Part shown: positions 38,995 to 52,166 of the stretch, piece after piece
How the letters are laid out: each line of letters begins with the position of its first letter
Numbering within the stretch: position 1 is the first letter of the stretch
Source: Octopus vulgaris
Lineage: Eukaryota
Assembly (NCBI GenBank): GCA_951406725.2
Contig: OX597814.1
Coordinates: 181,784,001-181,848,000, forward strand
Direction: 5' to 3'
Length of the DNA stretch: 64,000 nucleotides
The notes under the pieces: generated by a model
Database searches by the model: none
Seen by the model: the letters and a program-made list of their open reading frames with translations, nothing else
Told to the model about the DNA's origin: nothing
Made by a program: the position numbers and the translations under genes

Positions 38995-41302
38995 CACTGG
39001 TCAACGAGTATTTTTCATCAAGCATATGTCAAGGTGTGCTTAGTGTAGTTTTTAATGCTGATTTCAAATATACAATTAGCTTGTTGACATCACGTACAGT
39101 TTTCAAGATGAGAAAATTTTTTTGGTTTTAGCTCATGCATTATATAAAAATTCCAGTTAATGACGTGTATTAATGTATTTCATTTACATCAGGTAAACAT
39201 ACCTTCAAAATAAACTATACTATTCATTGCTGCATAGTTCAGATGCAATATTCCATCATCTTAAATTAACCAACTAAGTTTTGTCTGATGAAATAGATAT
39301 TTCAACATCTCAAATTGTCCAGTCATAATTGGTCTGATGAAATATTTCATCTCAAATTCAATATAAGTATAACCGTTTGTATCTTTTTCTTTATTTGTTT
39401 TACAGTGTTAGAAATTGTCCTGCTGTGTTTTGTTATGTCTGTGGACAATTTATTGTGAAAGCTCAAAAATGTACAATAACACCAGATATCAAGAAGATTT
39501 ATAAGCTATACTTTAACTGTACTCCTGGAGAACAGGACAAGTTATGGGTACCACATTTTATTTGCTCAGCTTGCTCAAATGACTTACGTGACTGGTTCAA
39601 TAAGAATCCATGCCATTTGCCATTACAGTGATATAGAGGGAGCAGAAAGACCATTTTAATGACTGTTATTTTTGCAAAATAAATGTCACAGGATTTTCTT
39701 TGAAGAATAAACACAAAATTGTGTATCCAAATTTGGATTCTGCAGTGAGACATGTGACTCACAATGGAAGTCTGCCAATTCTAGTTCTACCAGATGATGG
39801 TATTGAAACATCAGATGATGATGCTGACTGTCACGATAGTGCTGCTGAGGAAGATTACGTGGCTAATGACAATAGCTTTGAACCTCAGAAATTTTCCCAA
39901 GCTGAACTGAATGACCTTGTCAGAGACCTATCCAGAACTGTTGGCATCAATACTGAAGGAGTAGTATCTGCTAGAGCACGGTATTCATATAAATTATATT
40001 CGGCAGAGAAATGTAGTTCTACAAACATGTTTTTCAGTTGCAGTAACAACGATGGACTCTTCGAATGTTTATCACGAAATCATAATCCTGTAGAGTGGCG
40101 TTTGTTTATTGACTCTTCAAAATGAAGTTTAAAGGCTGTACATCTCCATAATGATAATTTGAAGCCATCCTTTCCTATTGCACACTCCGTTCATCTTCAT
40201 GAATCATATGAGAATATGGAACTTTTGCTTCATGCCATTGCCTATGAAAGATACCTATAGAAAATATGTGGACATTTAAAAGTCACTGGAATGTTAATAG
40301 GAATGCAGTCAGGTTTCACAAAATACTGTTGTTTCTTGTGTCTATGGGATAGTCGGGCAACTGACAGACATTATTCGGAATCAGACTGGCAGACAAGAAC
40401 ATCATACCAGCCAGGATTGTCTAGCGTCAAGAATACACCTCTTGTAGATCCATGTAATGTCCTATTGCCACCTTTGCTCATAAAGCTTGGATTGATGAAA
40501 TACTTTGTAAAGACACTAGGGAAGAGAAATGCCAGAGGGTTTGAGTATATTGTAGAAAAGTTTCCCAAAATCTACAGGCAAAGTTGAAAGAGGGTATCTT
40601 TGCTGGACCCCAAATTAGAGAAGTACTCAAAGATGTCAACATCAAGACAATACTGGATAAACTGGAACTGCCTGCCTGGAATATCAATTGGATCTGTGAA
40701 AATTTCTTGAGCAATAAGAAGGCAATGGACTACAAAGATAGTATCAAGAATCTTCTGAAATGTTACTTAGCAAAGGTTTGTCGCATGTCACCGAAAGTTC
40801 ACTTCTTGGACTCCCATCTGGATTTCTTCGCAGATAACCTTGGAGCAGTGTCTGATGTACTGTACATGGTGAAATATTTCGCCAAGACATTAGTGCTATG
40901 GAGAAATGGTACCTAGACTTCTGGAATGATAATATGCTGGCTGACTACTGCTGAACACTTTACCGTGTTCAACCAGGAAGTACAAATCACGATGTTTCTA
41001 ACTCTGTTGTTCTAACTTTGTCTGTTTTGTCTGTCTCATTTTTTTGTGTATTCACTCTTTGTAGAATGATAGTGATGACTTTTAACTCAATAAACTCATT
41101 TATTTCTAAAAATAATATATCCTTATTTATTACGTTAATGATTTCATATATACAAATATGTAAATATTTGCATGTATCTACTGAATAAATGATACGTGCT
41201 GCATACATATGGAGTGAAATTTTGAAATCAGCTTTGAAAACTAGTCTAAAAAAAGTTGGTTTGCATTCATAATGAGTATAATACATTTAATTTAGACCAG
41301 CG
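38995..41302 (+). mobile_element. Chapaev3-type (CMC) DNA transposon, full length, decayed transposase
   Basis: Termini CACTGGTC / GACCAGCG with TAA TSD; subterminal inverted GCTGATTTCAAA. Frames across ~39405-40960 give FCYVCG, W.PH.IC..C, DCYFC, FSQAELNDLVRDL, WRLFIDSS, GFTKYCCFLCLWDSRA, LPPL.IKLGLMK.FVK, KEGIF.GPQIR, HFL.SHLDFF..NLGAVSD. Confidence 0.88.
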
Positions 41303-41319
41303 TAATTAGCCCCGAACTC

Positions 41320-42120
41320 AATTCCAAGTCACTGACCACTTTAACTGCCCCTCTCCAACATAATGTCCTGTCACTTGTGCATTCTTTTATCATTTGGGGG
41401 AGGCTCAATATCCTGAAGTCAACATTCACCACTACTGCCCATGTCTTCCCCAGTTTTCCTCTTCCAATTTTACCTTCGGTATAGATCTGTTTCCTTCTAA
41501 ACTTCTTTACCCAACTCTCATCATTTATACAACACGGTCGTCAACATTCACCACTACTGCCCATGTCTTCCTCAGTTTTCCTCTTCCAATTTTACCTTCG
41601 GTATAGATCTGTTTTTTTCTAAACTTCTTTATCCAACTCTCATCATTTATACAACACGGTCGTCTGTTTTGCACACATTTGATTCCTCTTATACATAGTT
41701 TTCCTCTCATCTCTGTACTATGTCGCTTATGTATCTTAACATTAGACCCTACCAGAATATACTTGATTCACTTCTTTCTCGCCTTAACACAATCTCTGCA
41801 TCCAGTGTTCATGTTCCACAACCATGTGGCATTGTAGTTCGCACATAGGCATCGTACAATCTGACTTTCACTCAAAGAGTGATTCTCATTGTGGCAGAGT
41901 TAATAGCTCCTCGAATTATTTGCATTCCATTCTTATTCTGGGTACTATGCTTTCAGATCACCCTTTCTACTGCTGATAAGGTCACTTAGACAGCAGAAAG
42001 CTATCAGCTACTTCTACAGAGCCTTCTGAAGAATTAATTGTATGTCTGCTATGACTACGAACTACTCCTGTGCATCTCTTACAAAGTTTTTATTCACTGT
42101 CAGCTTGCCTTTGATTCTCG
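41320..42120 (-). mobile_element. RTE-like LINE 3' fragment with 122-bp tandem duplication
   Basis: Minus strand LYDAYVRTTMPHGCGT and EGKIGRGKLRKTW (RTE C-terminal motifs). 41418-41539 is repeated at 41540-41661. Confidence 0.7.
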
Positions 42121-42649
42121 AATTTCTACGTTCTTTTTTTCTATATATCTGGTGGCGGAGTCGGTGTTCATAATATAAATTTTCTTTGATAAAATCACGA
42201 AGAGATAAATTTTATTTTTTAATTCATTAAGTGTCATAATGTTGTATTACTCTGATAGACATAGACATTTGAAATCGTTGGTATACACTGTCACAGATTC
42301 GATAGTTGACCACTCAGTGCTTTAATTGAAAATACAATTGTCCTTCAAATTCCAGATGCATTTGGTAAGTTTTTTTTGTGTGTGCCTATTTCGGCTTTAT
42401 ATCTGAACGAATAGATATGTTCATTATACCTGAATTTGAAAGTAATCACCGTAAGGCGTATGTAATTTTTTTTTTATTGTTATTAGTCGAGATTTTAGCT
42501 TAGTATATAACATTTTTGACGGTTCTGCATTTAGAAAACAGATTTTGCTACCGAGGTAATTGCATTTATAAAGTTGAACCTTGTGTGTTTTGTCAGTGTT
42601 AATTTTTTTCAATTAATTCTAACAAAAGGAGAAATTATCGGTGCAATTC

Positions 42650-43043
42650 TCTTTCTCTTTTACTTGTGTCAGTCATTTGACTGCGGCCATGCTGGAGCAC
42701 CGCCTTTAGTCGAGCAAATCGACCCCGGGACTTATTCTTTGTAAGCCCAGTACTTATTCTATCGGTTTCTTTTTGTCAAACTGCTAAGTGACGGGGACGT
42801 AAACACACCAGCATCGGTTGTCAAGCAATGCTAGGGGGGACAAACACAGACACACAAACACTCACACACACATATATATATATATATATACGACAGGCTT
42901 CTTTCAGTTTCCGTCTACCAAATCCACTCACAAGGCATTGGTCGGCCCGGGGCTATAGCAGAAGACACTTGCCCAAGATGCCACGCAGTGGGACTGAACC
43001 CGGAACCATGTGGTTGGTTAGCAAGCTACTTACCACACAGCCG
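42650..43043 (-). mobile_element. SINE family A, near full length
   Basis: Reverse complement of the consensus. Confidence 0.9.
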
Positions 43044-45335
43044 TTTTTATTAACGACATTTCTATTAAGAAAATTCATGAAACTTATAGTTAGAAGGAAA
43101 ATATTCGCTAATTAAATTTAGAAAAGCATGGGCAATATTAGGGCAGACATTCAAAATTAATACTAGATTATACCATATAATCTTTTTTCTTGTATTATTA
43201 GAAATGTGTGTGTGGGGGGGGGGGGGTGTACGTACGCGCGCAAATCACACCATCTATATAAAAAGCTGAGATAAATTTAAAGTGTCTAAACTACACCGTA
43301 TAAGGTTTTCGTTGCTAGGGCTTTAAACAGATGCGAATATTCCTTATTTTTCTCTTCGTACGCAGAAAAATAACAGAAATTGTCTTGATATGTGGCATGA
43401 ATCGTTGCCCATTTATCAGAGGAAGAACAAATCCATTACAGTTAAACCCCACAAAACACAAACTAGACCTCGGCTGTAACGATTAGACTAATTTCTGTGC
43501 CGTACATTTTTCAGCAACGAGATCAAATATTAAATAATTAGACCCAATATAGCGTCTTATGGGAAACCTAAATTAGATTTATTGTAGTTAATCAGCAACT
43601 TTTAAGCTTTTTGCTATGGAACTTTAAGCAGATGTGAATGTTTTTTTATGCTCTGTGTACAAAGAAGAATAAAAGACATTGACCTGACATATTCCATGGT
43701 TCGTTGTCTATCACTAGAGGACAAGTTTTCCCTCCTTCCGCTGTCCATGAAAAGAACTTACAGAAAATTTTTATTTAAATCATGCATAAAATATAACTTA
43801 GCTGTAATAGCAAGACTAATTTGCTTATCGCTTGTTTGTCGGTGGCATGGTTAAATTACTCTGTATATGTGAGTGTTTATGTATGTATGTGTGTGTGTGT
43901 ATGTGAGTGAAGGCGCGAAGCCTATAAAAGTGATTGATTATGAAAAAATAATAGCGTAGCATTCATTCGCAAGCGAGTGTAACTTTGTAGTAATTACCAT
44001 ACTTTCGGTAATTGTTTTAGGTACTTATGTAGACGTGAACAGATATAGACACCTCGGCTCTCCTATCTTCGACTATCAAAGGCAGCTGATCGTCAGTTCA
44101 GGCAGAGAACAGCACACTGGTCTTATGAAATAAACTGTGAAAAACCAGTTGAGCAGCTGACTCCAAATGAGTCATCTTATGAAGCAGAAAAAACGATTAC
44201 GAAAAGTAATCGGATGATTAACAAATCACACACACACACACACACGCCTGTCTGTATGTATAAATGTATGTCTTGAGTTATAATATTTTGCATTTTGGTT
44301 TCATTCCTTTGATGATATTCCTTAATAATTAGTTCTATTTAACTAAGATTTTTATTAACAATGTATCTCGAAGATTTAGGCTAAAAAAAAAATCTTGGGC
44401 GGAAAAAAAGACAGATTTAGTTTCGATCCGAAAATAGAATGTATTTATATGTATTATAGTACTCTTCGACAAATTGCCCTGAACAATTATAACACATTTA
44501 TAGATGTTATAACTTCAGCTATTTTTCTATTTTAGGGAATACATTTCCACTTTGGAAGATAAAAAGTTTAGTAAGCAACTTTTAAAATATTTATTCTCTA
44601 AGCAATTCTATTTTTCTACGCCAACCAAAATACAACCTTGCGCATTTACTTGGTGATTCTTCTATCATTATCATATTTTGAGGTTATAATAAGACAGGAA
44701 CATGCTCAGAGTTGTTTCTTGTACTAGCTGAAATAATCTAAATAATAGTAGTCATTGAACAATATTACATAGTCTTAAAATTTTTTTTTTACCGCACAAT
44801 TACTTCTAGTTAGCTTTTTAATACTGCATGCACGAAACACTTTAGCTCTAATTTAACTACTACTTTTCATGCAGAGAGGGTCTCTGAGTAATTTCTTCTC
44901 TGAATAATTTTATCATTAAAGCTTCATTGTTTACACCGTATGACGTTTTGCTTAATATATATATTCTGTTCTGTTGCTGCTACTATTACAACGGTTGCAT
45001 ATATAGTGTATAAAGATGCTGCCTGCTGCTTGCTATTCTAATCCTTCAACATGCCAATCCTAATAATGCTTTTATTATCGCCGTCGTCGAGGAATACTCA
45101 TTATGAAATTAACGTTCGATGGATTATGCACACCAGCTGTCATGAGCATTCCGAATAAGAACAAAAAGGACTGGATGCTGGTTTGAGGCTGAATATTGGA
45201 ACGGCTTCCCGTTGTTTTCTCTGCACTTCTTAGCCGTATCACTTTTTCACAAGTTCATCACGTCAGCAAAATTAAGCGTTTTGACCATCAAAACAACTGG
45301 GCAACAATGATGGAATACAAATCATTGATTAATTA

Positions 45336-45719
45336 GGAGCACTCCGTCGGTTGCGACGATGAGGGTCCCAGCTGATACTATCAACGGAACAGCCTGCTCG
45401 TGAAATTAACGTGCAAGTGGCTGAGCACTCCACAGACACGTGTACCCTTAACGTAGTTCTCAGGAAGATTCAGCGTGACACACAGAATGTGACAAGGCTG
45501 GCCCTTTGAAATACAGGTACAAGAGAAACAGGAAGAAAGAGCGAGAGAAAGTTGTGGTGAAAGAGTACAGCAGGGTTCACCACCACCCCCTGCCAGAGCC
45601 TCGTAGAGCTTTAGGTGTTTTCGCTCAATAAACACTCACAATGCCCGGTCTGGGAATCGAAATCGCGATCCTCCGACCGTGAGTCCGCTGCCCTAACCAA
45701 TGGGCCATTGCGCCTCCAC
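45336..45719 (-). mobile_element. tRNA-SINE family C, full length
   Basis: Head GTGGAGGCGCAATGGCCCA.TGGTTAGGGC...GTTTCGATTCC-type B box. TSD CA(T/C)TGATTAATTA at 45323-45335 and 45720-45732. Sister copy at 53492-53879. Confidence 0.9.
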
Positions 45720-45977
45720 CACTGATTAATTACCGTTGCATTAACAATGCTTCTTTTTTCAATGCTACACTATATTACAAAATATATCTATAGATTTTAG
45801 ACACACACACACACATTCTTTTACTTGTTTCGGTTATTTGACTGTGGCTATGCTGGAGCACAACCCTTCGTCGTTATACACGATATCTTCGTGGATAGAA
45901 AGAAATTAACCGGACTCGTTTCTGGAGCTGTCGACGGAGCCACTGATTATAAATTCGTTATTACAAAGAGCTTAAAG

Positions 45978-46176
45978 GGTGGCGGAATGGTAGAATCGTT
46001 AGAGTATCGAGAGAAATGCTTTGCAGTATTTGTGCCGGCTCTCCACCGAGATCAGATTTATCTTTCATCCCTCCTGGGTCGATAAAAATAAAGTACCAGT
46101 CAAGTATTGAGGTCGATAGTATCGGCTTACTCCCACTCCTCAAAATTACTGACCTTGCACCAAAATTAGAAACAAT
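45978..46176 (+). mobile_element. Diverged SINE family B
   Basis: CTTTCATCCCTCCTGGGTCGATAAAATAAAGTACCAG core. Confidence 0.7.
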
Positions 46177-46452
46177 TATGAATTCGGAATGACCAATTTG
46201 TACATATAATGCATTCTTGATAGCTAGGGTAGTTCTATTAATAAATTACTAGTTCGTTAATAGTATTTTGCTTCAATGCTGTGCAACACTTTAGAGTACA
46301 TCTATAGATTTTAGTCAACACTGTATGGTCTATCGGGTTTACTTAAGCTCTTAGCAATAAAGGGTTTATAAGTAGTGCCTTCATGGATAGTTTAAGAGAG
46401 TACTCAGTTGTTGATGAAATGGACTGAAACTAGTTTGGCTGGTACCTTTGTT

Positions 46453-46574
<122 letters not shown>

Positions 46575-47384
46575 TACACACCCGTCTTCGTCTTTTGTAT
46601 TTTTGTAAACTCTCACAATATATATCTGTTAGGCACGCAGTGACCGACAACAGAATGTTATAGTCGGGTCTTACTACGTGTCCTGACAATATATGGCTAG
46701 CTTGCCTACAAAAGTGTAAGGAGGCCGTTGAGATTTGCGCGATGATCAAGGAAGGGGAGGACACAGTTGTGTAAGCGATAAATATGGAGTGGCAGTGGGA
46801 TAGTAACGTTAATATAGTTGTCATTCAGAGATACACACGCGCGCGCTTTCAATCTCTTTCTGCCTCGCTCGTGTCTCTTTCTCACTTTCTCTCACTCCCT
46901 TTCTGTTTGTCTGTCTGTTTCTCTGTGTGTCTGTCTGTCTGTCTCTCCCCCTGTAACACACACACATACACTCACTAATCTATAGACAATTATTTAACAA
47001 AGTTTAAACCGAAATTATCCGGAAATAACCGAAGTATTCCTTTTTTCGATTTATGGACAAACGATAAAGAAGTTATCGTCGGTTAAATACTTAGAGTCAA
47101 ATCACTTTTCTTTTTACGAAAACGACGTTTCAAGTCATCATTGAAGGTGAAGTACCTTATTAATTTCGTTTTTATTTACAAAATTATAATCACTCATTCA
47201 TCTATCTCAAAGTTAGAAAGACATATTTCTAAATGAGAAATTGCTATCAGTTAGTATCTTATCTCTTTTGGTGTTGTAATTTTCCCACGTTCTGTTCCCC
47301 AAACCATCTAAAGTTTAATCTGAAGCTGCAGTTCTTTACTGAATTTATTGAAAAATATTCAACAATTACATTAATTTATTAATT

Positions 47385-48680
47385 CCCCCCTTTAATAAAG
47401 ACATCAGTGATGGTAACTGTATGTTCAGAGCTGTGTCACTCTAGCTCAAAAACAGCAGAAATTACCGAACTCTCGGGAAGAGTCCGTACGATACATATAC
47501 AATAATCGGAAGTATTTTCATTCTTTTATTCTGAATAATACAATGTAGGAATACCAAGCATACATGAGTAGGGCTGGAATATATGGCGGTAATGTTGAAT
47601 TAGCTGCCATTAGTGAATTGTACAATGTTGCAATTCAGGTTAATCACAAAAATGACGATGGAATTATTCTTCCTCTGTTCACCGTTTGCGGTCGAACATT
47701 TACAGAAAGGAAGATTTTAGTGTTTTAGTGTTATACAGTGGCGAATTTGACAACGGCCACTATGATGCTCTCTTTCCCATAAACAATCTGAAAAAATTAT
47801 CTCCCTGGGCTCTATGTGAAAAGTGTGGTGTTAGGAAATGGGACAAGAAATCATTAGGTATGTCTTGTTCTAAAGGTAAAGTCCATTTACCAATATTTGA
47901 GCCTCCATTACTTATAAAACATCTTCTTTTGGGTATCACTTCAGAATCAATATATGTATGTGTGTGTGTGCGTGCGTGTTCATGCGCGCGCGTGGATGTG
48001 TGTGTAGTTCTCCACTTTCTATGTTTTAAATACCAGATATTATAATTTCCCTTGTGTATTGTATATGCAATTTCTATCCACAAATCACAGGAAACAAGCG
48101 TCGATGGTGTCATTGTTGATTTGGCGACCGGCATTTTCTCCGACAGTATGGCTTATGTGTCCTTGTCAAGAGCTCGCAAACTGTGCAATGTTCATTTAAT
48201 TGATCTTGATCCATCGAGTTTGATCATGTGCGATTCCAGTGCTTGGAAAGAATACAACTATTTGAGAGAGCACATTAATATGGAACCACTTCCATTGTGT
48301 AACGTGAGGCCTAAAATGATTAAACTGGCTAAAAAGGCGACTAGGAAGAGTAAAGTTGCCTTTAATATGGACAGCTTGCCGGAATCGAAAAAGGCTAGAT
48401 TTGAGAACACGGTTGCAAAGCCGTACGTCTCGCTGATCAATGAGAGAAGCGCTTTTTTGTGAACAGCACGATACAGGTTATCCGCCAGCTGCCTTTGTTG
48501 GACAAATACATGCAGTCTAGAAATGATATTGTCATTCATGAAATTCACGATATTACATCTTCATCTGGAACTAAATCGGTAGCCAACTTGAGAAATTATT
48601 GGCAGCAGGTTTAACGATGGTACTCAGCAGTGTGCGCATGATTTTTAGAAGCACATTTATTATTTTCTGCTTGATTCTTG
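47385..48680 (+). pseudogene. Helitron-type polyprotein remnants: OTU protease, Helitron Cys-rich region, PIF1-like helicase C-terminus, USP-like motifs
   Basis: SDGNCMFRAVS...YGGNVELAAISELYNV...GHYDAL (OTU); CEKCG..KW...GMSCSKGKVHLP; FPLCIVYAISIHKSQ...VDL...F...MAYVSLSR (helicase motifs V/VI); FVNSTIQVIRQLP and RFNDGTQQCAHDF. Stops and frameshifts throughout. Confidence 0.75.
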
Positions 48681-49494
48681 TAACTATTTTATCTCTCCGT
48701 ATGATAATAAACAAATACAATTATTATCGATTTTATCATACATTCTTTTAATATTGTGACAGTGACACTATTTCAATTGGTCGGCCTTCGGGTGTCAGTT
48801 TATTAGAGGTTGCCATACCATTAGGAAAAATACGGTACATATAGAAAATATTACAAGCGTTGCCTTAAAAAGTACGAAACTAGAATTGAAAAATGTACAC
48901 GCTCAAAAGGGTTACAGACTGTCATAATGAACCTTAAAAAGTGTGGGACTAGCATTGTTACTCAAAAATATTGGAATCACTATATGTTGTATATTCTGTG
49001 GCATCCTTTTATCACAAGAAATGTGTTTAGTTCATCGAAATTAAGTTATATTAAAAATTAAGTTAAATTATCGTATACTCAGTTTTAACAAAACAATTGT
49101 GTACTAATACTAATGTCATCTTTCAATATATGAATGATATTTTTTAAATAATTTTACAAATAATCAATCAAAAATAATTTAGTAATAATTGTTTAATTCG
49201 CATAATATGTGTATCATAATGCGAATTAGCTTTGCTTATAATTATTTCGGTTTCGTACTTTCGCTGTCATATAGATTCGACTTCATCATAAATCCATTTT
49301 TTATTATTATCATCATCATGGTAATTTGCATGCAGTGTGAAATATGTTTTTTTTATATACTTCGGTATGAAGAGTATTATATTGAATTTACTTATTCGAA
49401 GATCATATTTTGTACATTTTCAAATTTTTATATCAAGAACTCGGTTTAATAATTATCGTGACATCGTAATTCACACAAGAGTCTCTTTTCGTTT

Positions 49495-49766
49495 TCCGAG
49501 ACCCTGCGGCGCAAGTTGACCAAAATTGAGAGTATGATAGAAGAAGGCTTGCTCTTTCTTACATGAAAAAGGTGCTTTTTTTTCTATGAAAATCCCTATT
49601 TTTTACGATTTTTTGACTGCTGTGTCGCCATTTTTCGGTGTATATCAACCAGAAAAATGTTCACTTAAAGAGAATAACAAGCTACATAATGCAAAATTTT
49701 TACTTTTCAAAAATTCCAATTCTAAAGGGTCGAAACAAACCCGAGCAACTCCGGTCAATACTGTTA
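49495..49766 (+). mobile_element. Helitron 3' portion, same family as 16344-16726
   Basis: Near-identical sequence; hairpin and CTAG end are degenerate. Confidence 0.85.
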
Positions 49767-50904
49767 ATATATATATATATAAAGACAAATTAATCATATC
49801 TGCTTATTAAATGCACTGTTGGTTAAAATTTATTGACATATTGGTTGATAGCTTCATATTTTGACAACTTTTCAAAACTTTATTACTACACAATAAAAAG
49901 TAAGCTCCGGATGAACTGAGTATGCGAGAAAATGTTGATACTCGGTTGAAACGATTTCTCTTCATCTGTACAACTATTTTAGAAAAAAAAAAACACACAA
50001 AAAAAAAACCCATGGTATCACAGCAGTCAATTTCAATTTCTGAATAAATCTAAGGTACTGAACTTACGCAAAAATGAAATTGATTTTGTTATATCGACGA
50101 TTCAAAATGAATAAAAATCTAACAAGGTATAGTCATGTTGTTCAGTATTTAACGAAACCGAACACTCGTAGAAATATGAAAAAGAAATAATGTATATGTT
50201 CATATACATTTTAAGCATAATGTATGGAGGTTGTTATACGAAGGGAGATACCGAAAGCTGGGTCCCGAATAAAAGCTAATTTTGCTACATATCTTTATTT
50301 TAAGATGCGTTTCGATTGTTGATACAACGCTCTAAATGTATGTAAAAAAAATGTACATATTGTGCTGAGCATTCTGCTTTTGATAATGCAAACAGAATGT
50401 ATCGGAGTAAATGAGGATATATATCGTATAAGATATTTACTAATTTATATTAGTCCCATCAAGATTTGAATGTAATTTAAATTTTGTTTCGGATTTGACG
50501 TTCTCCTTTCTCTGTACTGAAATGATTTCAAAAAAGAAAAAAGGAGAAAAATTAAACAAATTCAGCAGCTTCCAATGTCACGTCATACAAATGTACCACT
50601 AAAAATTCTGTTTCCAGCGTTACGTTAAATAAATGTAGTGGCGGGTGTATTTTAACACTGACCGCTTTCCTATGTCTTGAATTTCTACCAATCACAGCGC
50701 AGAATTTTTCCAAATAGAAGCCCATATATTTCTTTCTAAATTCAGTTCGCTATTAATGATTTCTCTGACGATTCAAAGGATCGTTTCTTATGAAACTCGG
50801 ATCCAATTAGAAGGTGAATCTGTCTCAGTTGATAAGTTGGGACTGTAGTAGCATTCTTCGCATGATGAATTCTCCCCACCTCTCTCTCTCCATATTTAAA
50901 AAAA

Positions 50905-51351
50905 CTTTTAAATTTTATCTGGTTTCAGCTCACGAGCTGTGGCCATGCTGGGGCACCGCCATTTGGTGTTGCTACATAATTTTACTTCACGAATGCTTTT
51001 TAGCAATTGACATTTGGTGCATGAGAGAGTTTGATGCAGCTGCCCTCATCTGCACCTCCTGCCACGAAGTTGGTTCATCTGGGACACCTGACAAGAAGAG
51101 GTCCAGCTTTATTTTAAAAACACCTACATCTACCCCATGCAGGTCTCTCAGGTCCTTCGGGAGGATATTGAAGAGCTGTGGACCTCTGAAGCCCAGGCTA
51201 TTGCAATATCTTGTCCTACATCTTGATGGCAAATTTGGAGTCCTTGGCACTATGCAGTGGGGCCCAGTTCTAGTAATTGTGTAACTCTCGATGCCAAAGT
51301 TTGGGACAAGTCCTTCCAGATGTATATTATGGCATATCTTTCCCGTCTACG

Positions 51352-51352
<1 letters not shown>
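50905..51352 (-). mobile_element. 5'-truncated CR1-like LINE 3' end
   Basis: [13 protein letters not shown]...NSLGFRGPQLFNILPKDLRD...FKIKLDLFLSGVPDEP...SNSL is a CR1-group ORF2 C-terminus. Followed by a short 3' UTR with a stem-loop. Confidence 0.8.
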
Positions 51353-51408
<56 letters not shown>

Positions 51409-52120
51409 CATGCATTCATACATGCATTCATACATTCATTCATACATACATACATACATACATACATGTATATAAAGCGGAGTGCAAGACCCTTTTTAAA
51501 GCCGTTTTTGTGTCCCTTTTCCTCAGAGCGTAACTTAACGAATAGATAATAGAGTTCGAAAAAATAGTAGTAGATTGACATAAGTACCGAGGTCGATATG
51601 AGTGACTAAACCTTTAAGGGCAGTGTCCTAGTTTAGTTGCAGTACAATGACTGAAACCACAAGAAATATGAATGAACGTGTGCGTGCCTGTGTGCATTTA
51701 TATATATGCAAATATATATGTATATATGTATGTCTGCGTGCGCGTTTGTGTCTCCTTGTTTTGACACCGTGCGCTAATTGTAAACAAACGATACCGTCAT
51801 AAAAACTGTGTCGTTCGGTTGAAATCTGCGACAAATGTACGGCTGTTTGTGTTCAAAGAACTAAGAGAAATATTCTTTTGTCTAGGAACAGGTGAGGATT
51901 GGCGACAAGAAGAGTTTCCAGAGCAGAAAAACCTACCTCAGCGAATTTCGCTGAGGATAATGATATGTGTGCGTGCGTGCATGCATACACGCCTGTTGGA
52001 AGCTGATGATACACTACGTCGGAACTCACACAACCACTACAACCCATTCGACCAAGAAGAGCTGTTCAACAATGAAACCCTAAAAGTGATCGAGGTCAAA
52101 GAACATTTAGAATATACGCG

Positions 52121-52166
<46 letters not shown>

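Noticed and set aside
48052-48462. Host PIF1 helicase or OTU deubiquitinase gene
   Set aside because: Stops, frameshifts, no exon structure, and collinear Helitron-specific segments indicate a transposon fossil.
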